Source: Aulosira sp. ZfuVER01
GTDB taxonomy: Bacteria > Cyanobacteriota > Cyanobacteriia > Cyanobacteriales > Nostocaceae
DNA: 64,000 nt
Assembly (NCBI GenBank): GCA_034530615.2
Contig: JAVRCV020000059.1
Span: 1-64,000 of the forward strand
Reading direction: 5' to 3'
Shown here: piece after piece, positions 20,470 through 29,390 of the stretch
Layout of the letters: each line of letters starts with the position of its first letter
Numbering within the stretch: position 1 is the stretch's first letter
The notes under the pieces: model-generated
What the model was told of the DNA's origin: nothing
The model's database searches: none
The model's input: the letters and a program-made list of their open reading frames with translations, nothing else
Program-made: the position numbers and the translations under genes

Positions 20470-22422
20470 CTACGTCCCCGCGTCCCTGCGTCCCCGCGTC
20501 TCTGTGTCTCCTCCTTCTTCGGTGCGTTGTACTATGCCAATGAAGGCGTCTTCGAGTGAGAAGGGAATGGATCGCAGGGAATGAAGATTTATGTTGTTTG
20601 TTTGGAGAATTGTGCGAATATTCGGAATGTCGGAGTCTGGATGGTCGAGAACTAGGTGTAAGCGATCGCCAAAAATTGACACTCGCCACGGCGCTAACTG
20701 TGTTTTAAGTAAATTAGACGCATCTTGTGTTTTATCAGTAATTATCTCTATTAACTGACCGGGTTGAGCTGCTTTAATTTCACTGGGTGAACCTTGAACT
20801 ACCATCTCACCTGCTACCATAAACCCCATCCGGTTACACTGTTCGGCTTCTTCTAAATAATGGGTTGTTACTAAAACTGCTGTTCCCGATCTAGCAAACT
20901 CATTAATTAATCGCCAAAATTGACGACGCGCTAAGGGGTCTACACCTGATGTCGGTTCGTCTAGAAATAAAATTTCTGGCTCATGCATTACTGAAGCACC
21001 AAAGGCTACTCGCTGCTTCCATCCTCCTGGTAGTTGTCCAGTGAGCATATTTTCTTTACCAACTAAGCCACAAGTGGCTAGTACCCAGTTAATTTTTCTG
21101 TGGCGTAATTGCCTTGGTACACCGTAAACTCCACAGTAGAATTCTAGATTCTGGATAATAGTTAAATCATCGTAGAGGGTGAATTTTTGACTCATGTAAC
21201 CAATGCGTTTTCGCAAAGCACTGCTACGCAGATTTTGAGTTTGTCCAGCTAAGGAAATTTTTCCTGATGTTGCTTCTAGCAACCCGCAGAGCATCTTAAT
21301 TATTGTTGTCTTTCCTGCTCCGTTTGCTCCTAGTAACCCATAGATTTCGCCATAGCGAATTTCTAAATCTACATTTTTAACTGCTTGAAAGTCGCCAAAT
21401 ACTTTTTTTAGTTGATTTGCTCCAATAGCAATCTCTCCTTTAACACCTCCATTATTCAGCTGGGAACGAGGAAAAGAAATAAATTCTGGATCGTTACCAG
21501 ATGCACGTAGGCGGCTAACAAAAACGTTTTCTAGGGTTGCGTCCGAAGTTTGAATGTTGTCGAGTTGTAGTTGCTGTTGGGCAAAAATTTTTTCAACTGC
21601 TGCTGTGGCTGTTACAGCATCTTTTACCAAGACATCTAATCGATCGCCAAAGGTTTGGACATCGACAATTGATGTTTGTGTGTTATTGATTGCTTCATGT
21701 AATGCTTGTTCAGCTGCTTCAATGCGATCAGTGCGAACTTCTAAACGTTGTAAACCTAAACTTTCGCGTAATTGGGAAAGAGTACCAATTTGCTGAATTT
21801 CTCCCTCGTACATTAAAGCAATGCGATCGCACCTTTCGGCTTCATCTAAATAAGGCGTAGCTACAACTACTGTTACACCTTCAGCAGCGATTGCAGCCAG
21901 AACATCCCAAAATTCCCGCCGCGATACCGGGTCAACACCTGTCGTCGGTTCATCTAGCAACAAAATTTCTGGTTGGGAAATCAACGCACAGCACAAAGCT
22001 AACTTCTGCTTCATCCCACCGGAGAGACGACCAGCCAAGCGATCGCCAAATTTCTCCAAACTCATTAAACGCAAGTATTTATTGCGACGTTGCCAAAAAA
22101 CCTTCTCAGCAACTTCACGCAAGCCAGCACTATAACGGAGATTTTCATCAATGCTGAGGTCAAGATAAAGAGAAAATTGCTGTGTCAGATAACCAATAGC
22201 TAAACGAGCATCACGGGGAGGTTTGCCTAAAATCTGGATATTCCCACCCGATGCTTCCATCACTCCACCCAAAATGTGGAATGTCGTAGTTTTTCCCGCA
22301 CCATCAGGGCCGATTAAGCCAAAAATTTCTCCTTGCTTTACAGCAAAATCAATTCCCTTTACGGCAACTAATTTACCGTATCTTTTGTTTAAGCCCTCCA
22401 CTTGAATTACAAAATTTGTCAT
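20470..22422 (-). CDS. ABC transporter ATP-binding protein with two NBDs (YbhF-like)
   Basis: GPDGAGKTT / LSGGMKQ / DEPT and GANGAGKTT / LPGGWKQ / DEPT. Confidence 0.95.
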   Translation of the reverse strand: MTNFVIQVEGLNKRYGKLVAVKGIDFAVKQGEIFGLIGPDGAGKTTTFHILGGVMEASGGNIQILGKPPRDARLAIGYLTQQFSLYLDLSIDENLRYSAGLREVAEKVFWQRRNKYLRLMSLEKFGDRLAGRLSGGMKQKLALCCALISQPEILLLDEPTTGVDPVSRREFWDVLAAIAAEGVTVVVATPYLDEAERCDRIALMYEGEIQQIGTLSQLRESLGLQRLEVRTDRIEAAEQALHEAINNTQTSIVDVQTFGDRLDVLVKDAVTATAAVEKIFAQQQLQLDNIQTSDATLENVFVSRLRASGNDPEFISFPRSQLNNGGVKGEIAIGANQLKKVFGDFQAVKNVDLEIRYGEIYGLLGANGAGKTTIIKMLCGLLEATSGKISLAGQTQNLRSSALRKRIGYMSQKFTLYDDLTIIQNLEFYCGVYGVPRQLRHRKINWVLATCGLVGKENMLTGQLPGGWKQRVAFGASVMHEPEILFLDEPTSGVDPLARRQFWRLINEFARSGTAVLVTTHYLEEAEQCNRMGFMVAGEMVVQGSPSEIKAAQPGQLIEIITDKTQDASNLLKTQLAPWRVSIFGDRLHLVLDHPDSDIPNIRTILQTNNINLHSLRSIPFSLEDAFIGIVQRTEEGGDTETRGRRDAGT

Positions 22423-22494
22423 TGGTCATTTGTTATTGGTCATTTGTCATTTCTTCCCACCCTCCCCACACTTCCCACACTTCCCCCACTCCCC

Positions 22495-23763
22495 TCACTT
22501 CTCCGCCTCTGGTGTAATATTAATATCGGTATCTGCTGGCATTCCTGGCTTGGCTAATCCGGCGGGATTGTCGATGGTGATTTTGACACCAAAAACTTGT
22601 TTAACTCGGTCTTGTTGGAAATAAATATTTTCAGGGGTAAAGGATGCTTGGGTATCAATAGCAGCAACTTTGGCACTCAGGGGTTGTTTGGGTGCCGAAT
22701 CTAGAAATATCTTAGCTTCTTGGCCGACACGAACTTTACCAATATTACCTTGGGGTACAAAAGCACGTAGATAGACTGTTTTTGGATCGATTACTGTGAG
22801 CAGAGTTTTGCCTGTAGTCACAACTGCACCAGGTTCTACACTCCGGCTGACGACTACGCCGTTAATTGGGCTAATTACATTAAGGTCGGAAATTTTAGCT
22901 TTCATTTCCTGCAAAGAGGCTTTAGCATTGGCAACATCAGCTTGCGCTGCGGCTAATTTCAGGCGAGTTTGCGCTAATTGCGTGTTTAACCCTGATAGTT
23001 GGGTGCTACGGATAGAGGGATTTAATCCTATACTTTGAGCTTGTGTTAATTGGCCTTGAGCAGAATTGACTAGTTTACGAAAAGAATCTACTGCGGCTTG
23101 GCGAGATCTGAGGTTAGCTAATGCACTTTCCCAGGCTGTTTGAGCTTGGTCAAATTGTTGCCTAGTTACAGCTCCTTGGTTTACCAATTTAGCGTAGCGA
23201 TCGCGATTCATTTGCGCTAGCCTCAATTCAGATTTGGCTTGTTCTACCTGGGCTATTGCTTGATTTAGTTGGGCTTGACTGGAAGCTACCGATGACTCAG
23301 CTTGGAAAATTCGACCTTTAGCATCTCCCATAGCTTGTTGCAAGGTAAGGCGATTCTCTAGAATTTGGCTTTCGAGAAAATTAATTTGTAAGCGTGCTTG
23401 CTCTTCTTGTTTTTGCATCGCATCTACACGAGCAGATGCTCCCTTAAGTTGAGCTTGAATCTCCGCATCATCTAGCTTAACAATCGGTTGTCCTTTACTA
23501 ACTTCATCGCCTTCGCGCACTGCTACAGACTCGATGCGTCCGGCTACTTTAGCGCCAATATCAGTTTCATAACCTTCAATGCGACCGCTAACTCGTAGTG
23601 TATTAGCTTCAGAGCGTGATGAAATTAAATACGAGCTGAAGATACCAATACCTGTGAGTAATAAGCCTACAGGTATTAACAAACGTGGAGAAAGTTTGCG
23701 TTTGCCTTTATCTGATGGAGTTGTATCAAAAGGTTCTTGGGGTGGTGAGAGTGGCTGAACCAT
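22495..23763 (-). CDS. HlyD-family membrane fusion protein (YbhG-like)
   Basis: N-terminal TM, SGRIEG, long coiled coil, ASFTPENIY, KPGMPAD. Confidence 0.93.
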   Translation of the reverse strand: MVQPLSPPQEPFDTTPSDKGKRKLSPRLLIPVGLLLTGIGIFSSYLISSRSEANTLRVSGRIEGYETDIGAKVAGRIESVAVREGDEVSKGQPIVKLDDAEIQAQLKGASARVDAMQKQEEQARLQINFLESQILENRLTLQQAMGDAKGRIFQAESSVASSQAQLNQAIAQVEQAKSELRLAQMNRDRYAKLVNQGAVTRQQFDQAQTAWESALANLRSRQAAVDSFRKLVNSAQGQLTQAQSIGLNPSIRSTQLSGLNTQLAQTRLKLAAAQADVANAKASLQEMKAKISDLNVISPINGVVVSRSVEPGAVVTTGKTLLTVIDPKTVYLRAFVPQGNIGKVRVGQEAKIFLDSAPKQPLSAKVAAIDTQASFTPENIYFQQDRVKQVFGVKITIDNPAGLAKPGMPADTDINITPEAEK

Positions 23764-24080
23764 ATCTTTATCTGGGTTTAAAAGTGATATCCAACCGGAA
23801 ACTAACGTTTTGTTGGCTCAAGAGCTTAAGCCTGAGTCAACAGGTTATAGGGAATTTTCATCAGTTTGTATAGTTCTGATTAACACGATCGTTGTCTAAG
23901 TGCAATCTTAAGACACGATAGTCCATAAACTAATTGGTGATAAGGGTGTAAACAAAAAAATTAAGTTAGTCCTTAACGCCTTTATCTTTACTGGTGTCAA
24001 CGGAGCGAGCAAGGCAGACTGAGATTATCAAAAGTAAATCAGTTGTAAAACTTTAAACTCCCAAAAGAGGACTAAATATT

Positions 24081-24278
24081 ATGTTTGCACCAATTATTGT
24101 TCTTGTGCGTACTCATATAGGTCAACCAAAGTTTAATCAATTACGTGGCAAATTGATTGCACAGCACGCTCAGATCATTACTCAGTTTTGCAACCATCTC
24201 AATATTGACCATAGCACCCGTCAACATTTAATCCGTCTTGCTCGCGACAACGGTAAGCGATTGGGGTTACTTGCTTGA
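24081..24278 (+). CDS. pgr5: Proton gradient regulation 5 (PGR5/Ssr2016-like) protein
   Basis: MFAPIIVLVR..KFNQLRGK.I..H...IT.FC....ID...RQ.LIRLA..NGK.LGLLA matches the cyanobacterial PGR5 pattern; RBS aagagg. Confidence 0.88.
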   Translation: MFAPIIVLVRTHIGQPKFNQLRGKLIAQHAQIITQFCNHLNIDHSTRQHLIRLARDNGKRLGLLA

Positions 24279-24352
24279 TTGACCTTCTGCGATTAGCTTG
24301 CCTCATCATAGGCGATCGCACTGTTGTTGGTAAAAGCGATCGCCGATCGATA

Positions 24353-24670
24353 TCATTCCTGTTCTAAAATTGTTTCTATATCTTGCCCTGCATAGAGAAT
24401 TCACACTATTTCAATGCTTTTATCACGCTCAAAATAAAAAATTATATATCTTTTAAATCCTTTAACAGCCCATTTACGTCAACCTTGTAAACGAAGGTTT
24501 TCTAGGGGATAACGGCTACCCAGTCCAGACATTTTTGCTAACTGTGCAAAAGTTTCTCTCACAGAGTCAAAAAATAAAAGAGCTGTGTCGGGGTTTTCTT
24601 GAGCAATATCAGCAAAACAAGTATCAATATCTAAACTGGCTTTGGGTGTAATGACTATCCGCTTTGTCAT
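24353..24670 (-). pseudogene. RelE/ParE-family toxin pseudogene with two in-frame TGA stops
   Basis: Reading continues in frame as LQG*RKWAVKGFKRYIIFYFERDKSIEIV*ILYAGQDIETILEQE*; internal stops at 24479-24481 and 24401-24403; 318 nt in total. Confidence 0.88.
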
Positions 24671-24924
24671 TATTGAGCTTCATGGATCTGGTTGATCAGG
24701 TGTGTGCGTTTTTGCTCCCACCATTCATCATTAACTTCTATTACCTCTTTGCTTTCAAGCCCGGCAATTAACAATTCTTCTATATGTTCTTGAGTTTTGC
24801 GTTTTTGGTCTTGACTAATTAAATCTTGCAAGTATTCGCTCACAGAACTATAGCCACCTTGAGCCACCTGTTCCTCAACAAAGGCTTTCATAGATTCGGG
24901 CAAGGAAATATTAATGCTGCTCAT
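24670..24924 (-). CDS. ParD-like ribbon-helix-helix antitoxin
   Basis: MSSINISLPESMKAFVEEQVAQGGYSSVSEYLQDLI..LLIAGLES; stop overlaps the toxin start. Confidence 0.9.
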   Translation of the reverse strand: MSSINISLPESMKAFVEEQVAQGGYSSVSEYLQDLISQDQKRKTQEHIEELLIAGLESKEVIEVNDEWWEQKRTHLINQIHEAQ

Positions 24925-24999
24925 CACCTTGGTAGTTCGATTGAACTGTTTTTTCCATGTTATCAAGGTTTTCCGAGGTTGTCTTTGAGGAAACTTTGG

Positions 25000-25028
25000 G
25001 CGATGTCTACGACGGGCTACGCCTACGC
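25000..25028 (+). mobile_element. SDR5-like 21-nt element inserted in a HIP1 site
   Basis: GCGAT|gtctacgacgggctacgccta|CGC. Confidence 0.8.
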
Positions 25029-25053
25029 ATTTTTGTTGATAAAAGCGATCGCT

Positions 25054-25353
25054 TCATGAACAACAAGATACCTGGCTGTAGTGGAGTGCTGCTAACTGCT
25101 CATAAGCTGCTTGTTCTTCTGCCAAATCGGTATCAATTTCTTCTCGGTTAGCGTGATAGTAAGTTAGTGCTGCATAAATTTGTACTAGCGTTAAGTGAAG
25201 TTTATCCGCAGCAATTTCTTCAGCACTGTAACCTTGCTTGTATAAAGCTGCAATTCTGCTTACAGATGAACCTGTTCCCGCAATGATAGGACGACCGCCA
25301 CGCAATTTAGGATCTCTTGTAATGAGCGTACCGATATCAATGCTAGTTACCAA
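25054..25353 (-). CDS. DUF433 domain protein (orphan antitoxin-like)
   Basis: DPKLRGGRPIIAGTG.SV..I...Y..G.SAEEI....HLTL.QIYAAL.YY. Confidence 0.88.
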   Translation of the reverse strand: MVTSIDIGTLITRDPKLRGGRPIIAGTGSSVSRIAALYKQGYSAEEIAADKLHLTLVQIYAALTYYHANREEIDTDLAEEQAAYEQLAALHYSQVSCCS

Positions 25354-25808
25354 GGGTTGTCTCTCGCAATATTTTGTCCTTACATAAATTAGGTTAACAT
25401 TGCGATCGCCTGACAGTATCTCAAATCCAGTTGAGGCAAAATCGCATTATCCTTGATGAGAAAAAAGCGATCGCATCTCAAATCCCTTGAATTGCTCTGG
25501 CGTTGCTCTGCAATATTTGCTGAAGTTCTTCATTTGTCATTACTTAACTGATTACTGTTAAGATGTTGAACTTACTTAACAGTATAAATTTATTAGACTT
25601 TGGACAAAAAGCATAGCAGGGCAGAGTAAATCGAGGATATCTTTATTAAGATCTACGATAAGAATATTGCTTCATAGATAATTTCAATAATCTCTCTCAA
25701 AGTAGGTGCGTTATTTTTCATCAACAAGCCACTACTTAGAAAGGATTGATAAAGGGTAAAGATGTATTACAGATTCACTAGTATATTACATAGCAGGAAC
25801 AGTATTTG

Positions 25809-27746
25809 ATGGTTAATATTCACCAAAAGAAGTTCAGCAAGCAGGTGATTCGCTGGTTGCTTGAAGAAGACCAAAAACCGAAGGAAGGGCCATACCACAA
25901 GGCAGAATCGCACCGTAAACATCCTTGGTGGCAGGTTATGTGTCTAACTGGTGTAGACTATTTCTCTACACTTGGCTACCAACCTGGAATTGCCGCACTA
26001 GCAGCAGGCAATCTTTCTCCTCTAGCTACTTTGATTCTAGCGCTGCTAACATTGTTTGGCGCATTGCCAATTTATCGGCGCGTTGCTGGCAAAAGTCCTC
26101 ATGGCGAAGGTTCAATAGCAATGCTTGAACATTTGCTTCCTTGGTGGCAAGGCAAGCTATTTGTACTTTGCCTACTGGGTTTTGTGGCAACAGATTTTAT
26201 CATCACTATTACCCTCTCAGCTGCTGACGCTACTGCCCACATCATCGAAAATCCGCTGATGCCAAGTATATTCCACCATCAACAGATTGCTATTACTCTA
26301 TTGCTGGTGACATTGCTTGGTGCAGTCTTCCTGAGAGGTTTCCGAGAAGCAATCGGGATAGCAGTATTTCTGGTTGGAGTTTATCTATTTTTAAACTTCA
26401 TTGTCATTAATGCTGGTCTGTATCAGCTTTTGAACCGCCCATATTTGATTAGTGACTGGCAAACTGCACTTTTCACACAGCATTCTAACCCTTTAATCAT
26501 GATCGGCATAGCCATGTTGGTATTTCCAAAACTGGCATTGGGATTATCGGGCTTTGAAACTGGCGTGACTGTTATGCCTCTAGTACAAGGCAACAACGAA
26601 ATCTCCGACCATCCTAAGGGGCGGATTCGGAATACGCACAAGCTGTTAACTACTGCTGCTGGGATTATGAGCTTCTTTCTCCTCACCAGCAGCTTAGTAA
26701 CTACTATACTGATTCCCACAGCAGAATTTCAAACCGGAGGCAAAGCAAATGGACGGGCACTTGCCTATTTAGCACATCAATATTTAGGCGATAGCTTTGG
26801 TACTATTTACGACCTTAGCACTATCTCGATTTTGTGGTTTGCAGGCGCATCGGCAATGGCTGGGTTGCTCAATATCGTACCCCGCTACTTACCACGTTAT
26901 GGCATGGCACCAAGTTGGACAAGAGCAGCACGACCCTTAGTGTTAGTGTTTATCACTGTTGCTTTTGTTGTCACTATTGTCTTTAAAGCTAATGTGGAAG
27001 CTCAAGGTGGGGCTTATGCAACAGGCGTACTTGTGCTAATGACTTCAGCTGCGGTTGCTGTAACTTTATCTGTTCATCGTCAAAGAAGTAAGCGAGGAGA
27101 ACTTGGCTTTGGTCTAATTACACTAGTGTTTTTATATACTACTATTATCAATATAATTGAGCGACCTGAGGGGATTAGGATTGCAGGATTTTTCATTGGC
27201 GCAATTATTATCACCTCATTAGTTTCTCGCGTATGGCGTTCAACCGAGCTGCGAGCAGAGCGAATTGAAATTGACGAAAAAGCGCGTCAATTAATTGCTG
27301 AACAGAGTCGGGGTGAGATAAGACTGATTGCTAATCGATTAAATGAGGGTGATGAGCAAGAGTATTTTCTCAAAGAAAAAGAAGTGCGAGAAGATAACCA
27401 TATTCCAGCCACCGACCCCATTCTGTTTTTAGAGGTTATGGTAGCGGATGCTTCAGAATTTACAGATGTGATTAAAGTTGAAGGAGTGCAAGTTGGGGAT
27501 TACCGCATTTTGCGAGCTGAGAGTGCAGCAGTACCCAATGCTATCGCCGCTTTACTTCTGTATATTCGCGATCAAACAGATAAGATTCCACACATTTACT
27601 TTGGCTGGGTAGAGGGCAACCCGATACAATACTTGCTGCGTTTTATCTTGTTTGGTGAAGGCGATATTCCTGTAGTAACTCGTGAAGTACTGCGTAAAGC
27701 AGAGCCAGATCCTGAACGCCGTCCAGGTATTCATGTGGGCGGTTAG
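25809..27746 (+). CDS. APC-superfamily transporter with C-terminal cytoplasmic domain
   Basis: [31 protein letters not shown], about 12 hydrophobic segments. Confidence 0.85.
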   Translation: MVNIHQKKFSKQVIRWLLEEDQKPKEGPYHKAESHRKHPWWQVMCLTGVDYFSTLGYQPGIAALAAGNLSPLATLILALLTLFGALPIYRRVAGKSPHGEGSIAMLEHLLPWWQGKLFVLCLLGFVATDFIITITLSAADATAHIIENPLMPSIFHHQQIAITLLLVTLLGAVFLRGFREAIGIAVFLVGVYLFLNFIVINAGLYQLLNRPYLISDWQTALFTQHSNPLIMIGIAMLVFPKLALGLSGFETGVTVMPLVQGNNEISDHPKGRIRNTHKLLTTAAGIMSFFLLTSSLVTTILIPTAEFQTGGKANGRALAYLAHQYLGDSFGTIYDLSTISILWFAGASAMAGLLNIVPRYLPRYGMAPSWTRAARPLVLVFITVAFVVTIVFKANVEAQGGAYATGVLVLMTSAAVAVTLSVHRQRSKRGELGFGLITLVFLYTTIINIIERPEGIRIAGFFIGAIIITSLVSRVWRSTELRAERIEIDEKARQLIAEQSRGEIRLIANRLNEGDEQEYFLKEKEVREDNHIPATDPILFLEVMVADASEFTDVIKVEGVQVGDYRILRAESAAVPNAIAALLLYIRDQTDKIPHIYFGWVEGNPIQYLLRFILFGEGDIPVVTREVLRKAEPDPERRPGIHVGG

Positions 27747-27874
27747 CGGCGCTATTTTTCATTCAAACTCAATCCAATCCCAAATGCAATTTTAAGGCAG
27801 CATCAATTCGGCAGTAGCTACGCTTGTTGTCGCCAGACATCACACCTGTGTACTCGATCGCACCGCGATCGAGT

Positions 27875-28083
27875 TTGAAAAACCTCAACATGACTTTGAA
27901 GCCAATCAAAACGATATTGAAGACAATCAAAACGATTTTGAAGCCAATCAAAACGATTTTAAAGCCAATAAAACGATATTGAAGACAATCAAAACGATTT
28001 TGAAGCCAATCAAAACGATTTTGAAGCCAATCAAAACGATTTTGAAGATAATCAACACGATGTTGAAGCCAATCAACACGACT
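27875..28083. repeat. Tandem array of about 10 x 21-nt units (consensus ttgaagccaatcaaaacgatt)
   Basis: Nine well-conserved units at 27896-28083 (one is 20 nt) plus a diverged unit at 27875-27895. Confidence 0.92.
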
Positions 28084-28176
28084 TCGAGGTATCTGTTGCT
28101 TATCCCAATTGCCTTTGGTTGTCATTTTTAACACAAAATTATTAAAAGCGATCGCTCAGACATCGAGAGCAAAAGT

Positions 28177-28210
28177 GCGTAGACGCGAAGCGGCTTTTCG
28201 TAGACATCGC
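28177..28210 (-). mobile_element. SDR5-related 26-nt element inserted in a HIP1 site
   Basis: Minus strand reads GCGAT|gtctacgaaaagccgcttcgcgtcta|CGC. Confidence 0.75.
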
Positions 28211-28278
28211 ATCACCCTGCAATTTGATTACATCGGCTGAAAATGCGATGTCTACACTGTTTCACTAAACAGATATAA

Positions 28279-29196
28279 TTACTGACTCCCAATACGTGTC
28301 ATTTCAAATAATTGCTTGGCATTCTTGCCCAAAAAAGCATCAAAAAGTGTATGTTTTCCCGGTTCTATTTCTACAGGATAGCGTTGGGCAATTTCATAAT
28401 AGGCATAAGTCCAGGGAATCTGAATTTCTGCACCACTGCGATCGTCTAATACAGTTACCATTTCTGTGACTGCTTGAGTTGCAGTTTGACGCAAACCGCA
28501 AGTAACATCACCTTCTATCTCTGCTTTCATCGGTACACCCAGGTTAACTAAACCGCTAACTGTGGTGTCAATATCGGGGTATTTTGAGGTGTTTTGGCGG
28601 TTGATATAGCCTGTAAAGTGGTTCACAGCATAACCATGTAGCAATACCCAAGCACCATACTGTGTCACCTTGTTAACTTCTTCCACAACAGAACGTTGGG
28701 GAGTTTGCCAAGGACGGGTAAAAACTTTCTGGAGTTTTTGAGCAATGCTTTCTACGTTCCCATCTTCTGCAAGAGAATCAGCAGGAGAGATGAGTTCGTA
28801 CTGGAGTGCAGATACTGTTTTATGTATAAGTTGGGCAATTCTGTCAGGTAATTCATCAACAATCAACTCGCTAATAAACAGCTTGGGTAAATCAAATTCT
28901 GCTTGTTGAGGGTGGCTATAATGACGAGCATATAAATGAGTTTCCGGAAAAACATATTCCCCAGCAGCGACGTAACCCAAAGCATTGGCAACTTGTTCAA
29001 GGTAGTTAATTCCCAAGTTGATTTGACCTTTTGGGCTATCTAGCGATAGACGCAAAGAACGCAAAGCAATGTGGTCGTTGGCAACAGTCCCACCCGCAGC
29101 AGTAATCATTTCCTGGTAGGTACGGGCATAATGTACTCTGGCACTATATTCTTGCCATAGTAATGAGTAAAGATGAACAGCAATTTCGGGTTTCAT
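28279..29196 (-). CDS. DUF1338 / 2-oxoadipate dioxygenase-decarboxylase (HglS-like) family protein
   Basis: NDHIALRS, PKLFISEL, QYGAWVLLHG..VNHFT, YYEIAQR, F..FL..NA..LFE.T; His/His/Glu metal triad. Confidence 0.85.
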   Translation of the reverse strand: MKPEIAVHLYSLLWQEYSARVHYARTYQEMITAAGGTVANDHIALRSLRLSLDSPKGQINLGINYLEQVANALGYVAAGEYVFPETHLYARHYSHPQQAEFDLPKLFISELIVDELPDRIAQLIHKTVSALQYELISPADSLAEDGNVESIAQKLQKVFTRPWQTPQRSVVEEVNKVTQYGAWVLLHGYAVNHFTGYINRQNTSKYPDIDTTVSGLVNLGVPMKAEIEGDVTCGLRQTATQAVTEMVTVLDDRSGAEIQIPWTYAYYEIAQRYPVEIEPGKHTLFDAFLGKNAKQLFEMTRIGSQ

Positions 29197-29201
29197 AATT
29201 A

Positions 29202-29390
29202 TTTGTCATTGGTTATTGGGCATGGGGCATGGGGCATAGGGCATGGGGAAGAGATGGGGGAGAGGGGGAAGATGAGGAGATGGGGAAGAAAACTACCCAC
29301 ACTTCCCACACTTCCCACACTTCCCACACTCCTCTACCTCCCTTGTCCTCCTTGTCCTCCTTGTCCCCCCTCTGCCTTCTGCCATCTGCC
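29202..29390. repeat. Mixed STRR tracts (gggcatg, cttcccaca, ccttgtcct, ctgcctt)
   Basis: Directly visible tandem 7- and 9-mers. Confidence 0.85.

Noticed and set aside
24030..24060. RpaB HLR1 site upstream of pgr5
   Set aside because: The TTTAC half-sites are degenerate and 11 nt apart rather than the canonical 10.
24353..24481. Selenocysteine or readthrough of the two TGA codons in the toxin
   Set aside because: The positions correspond to Leu/Arg, not Cys/Trp; TGA is a normal stop elsewhere in the window; no SECIS-like hairpin is evident.
27769..28134. 121-aa ORF, or a CRISPR-like array
   Set aside because: The units are contiguous with no unique spacers and no cas genes, so it is not CRISPR. 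The ORF is a by-product of the 21-nt repeat and changes peptide register at the 20-nt unit.
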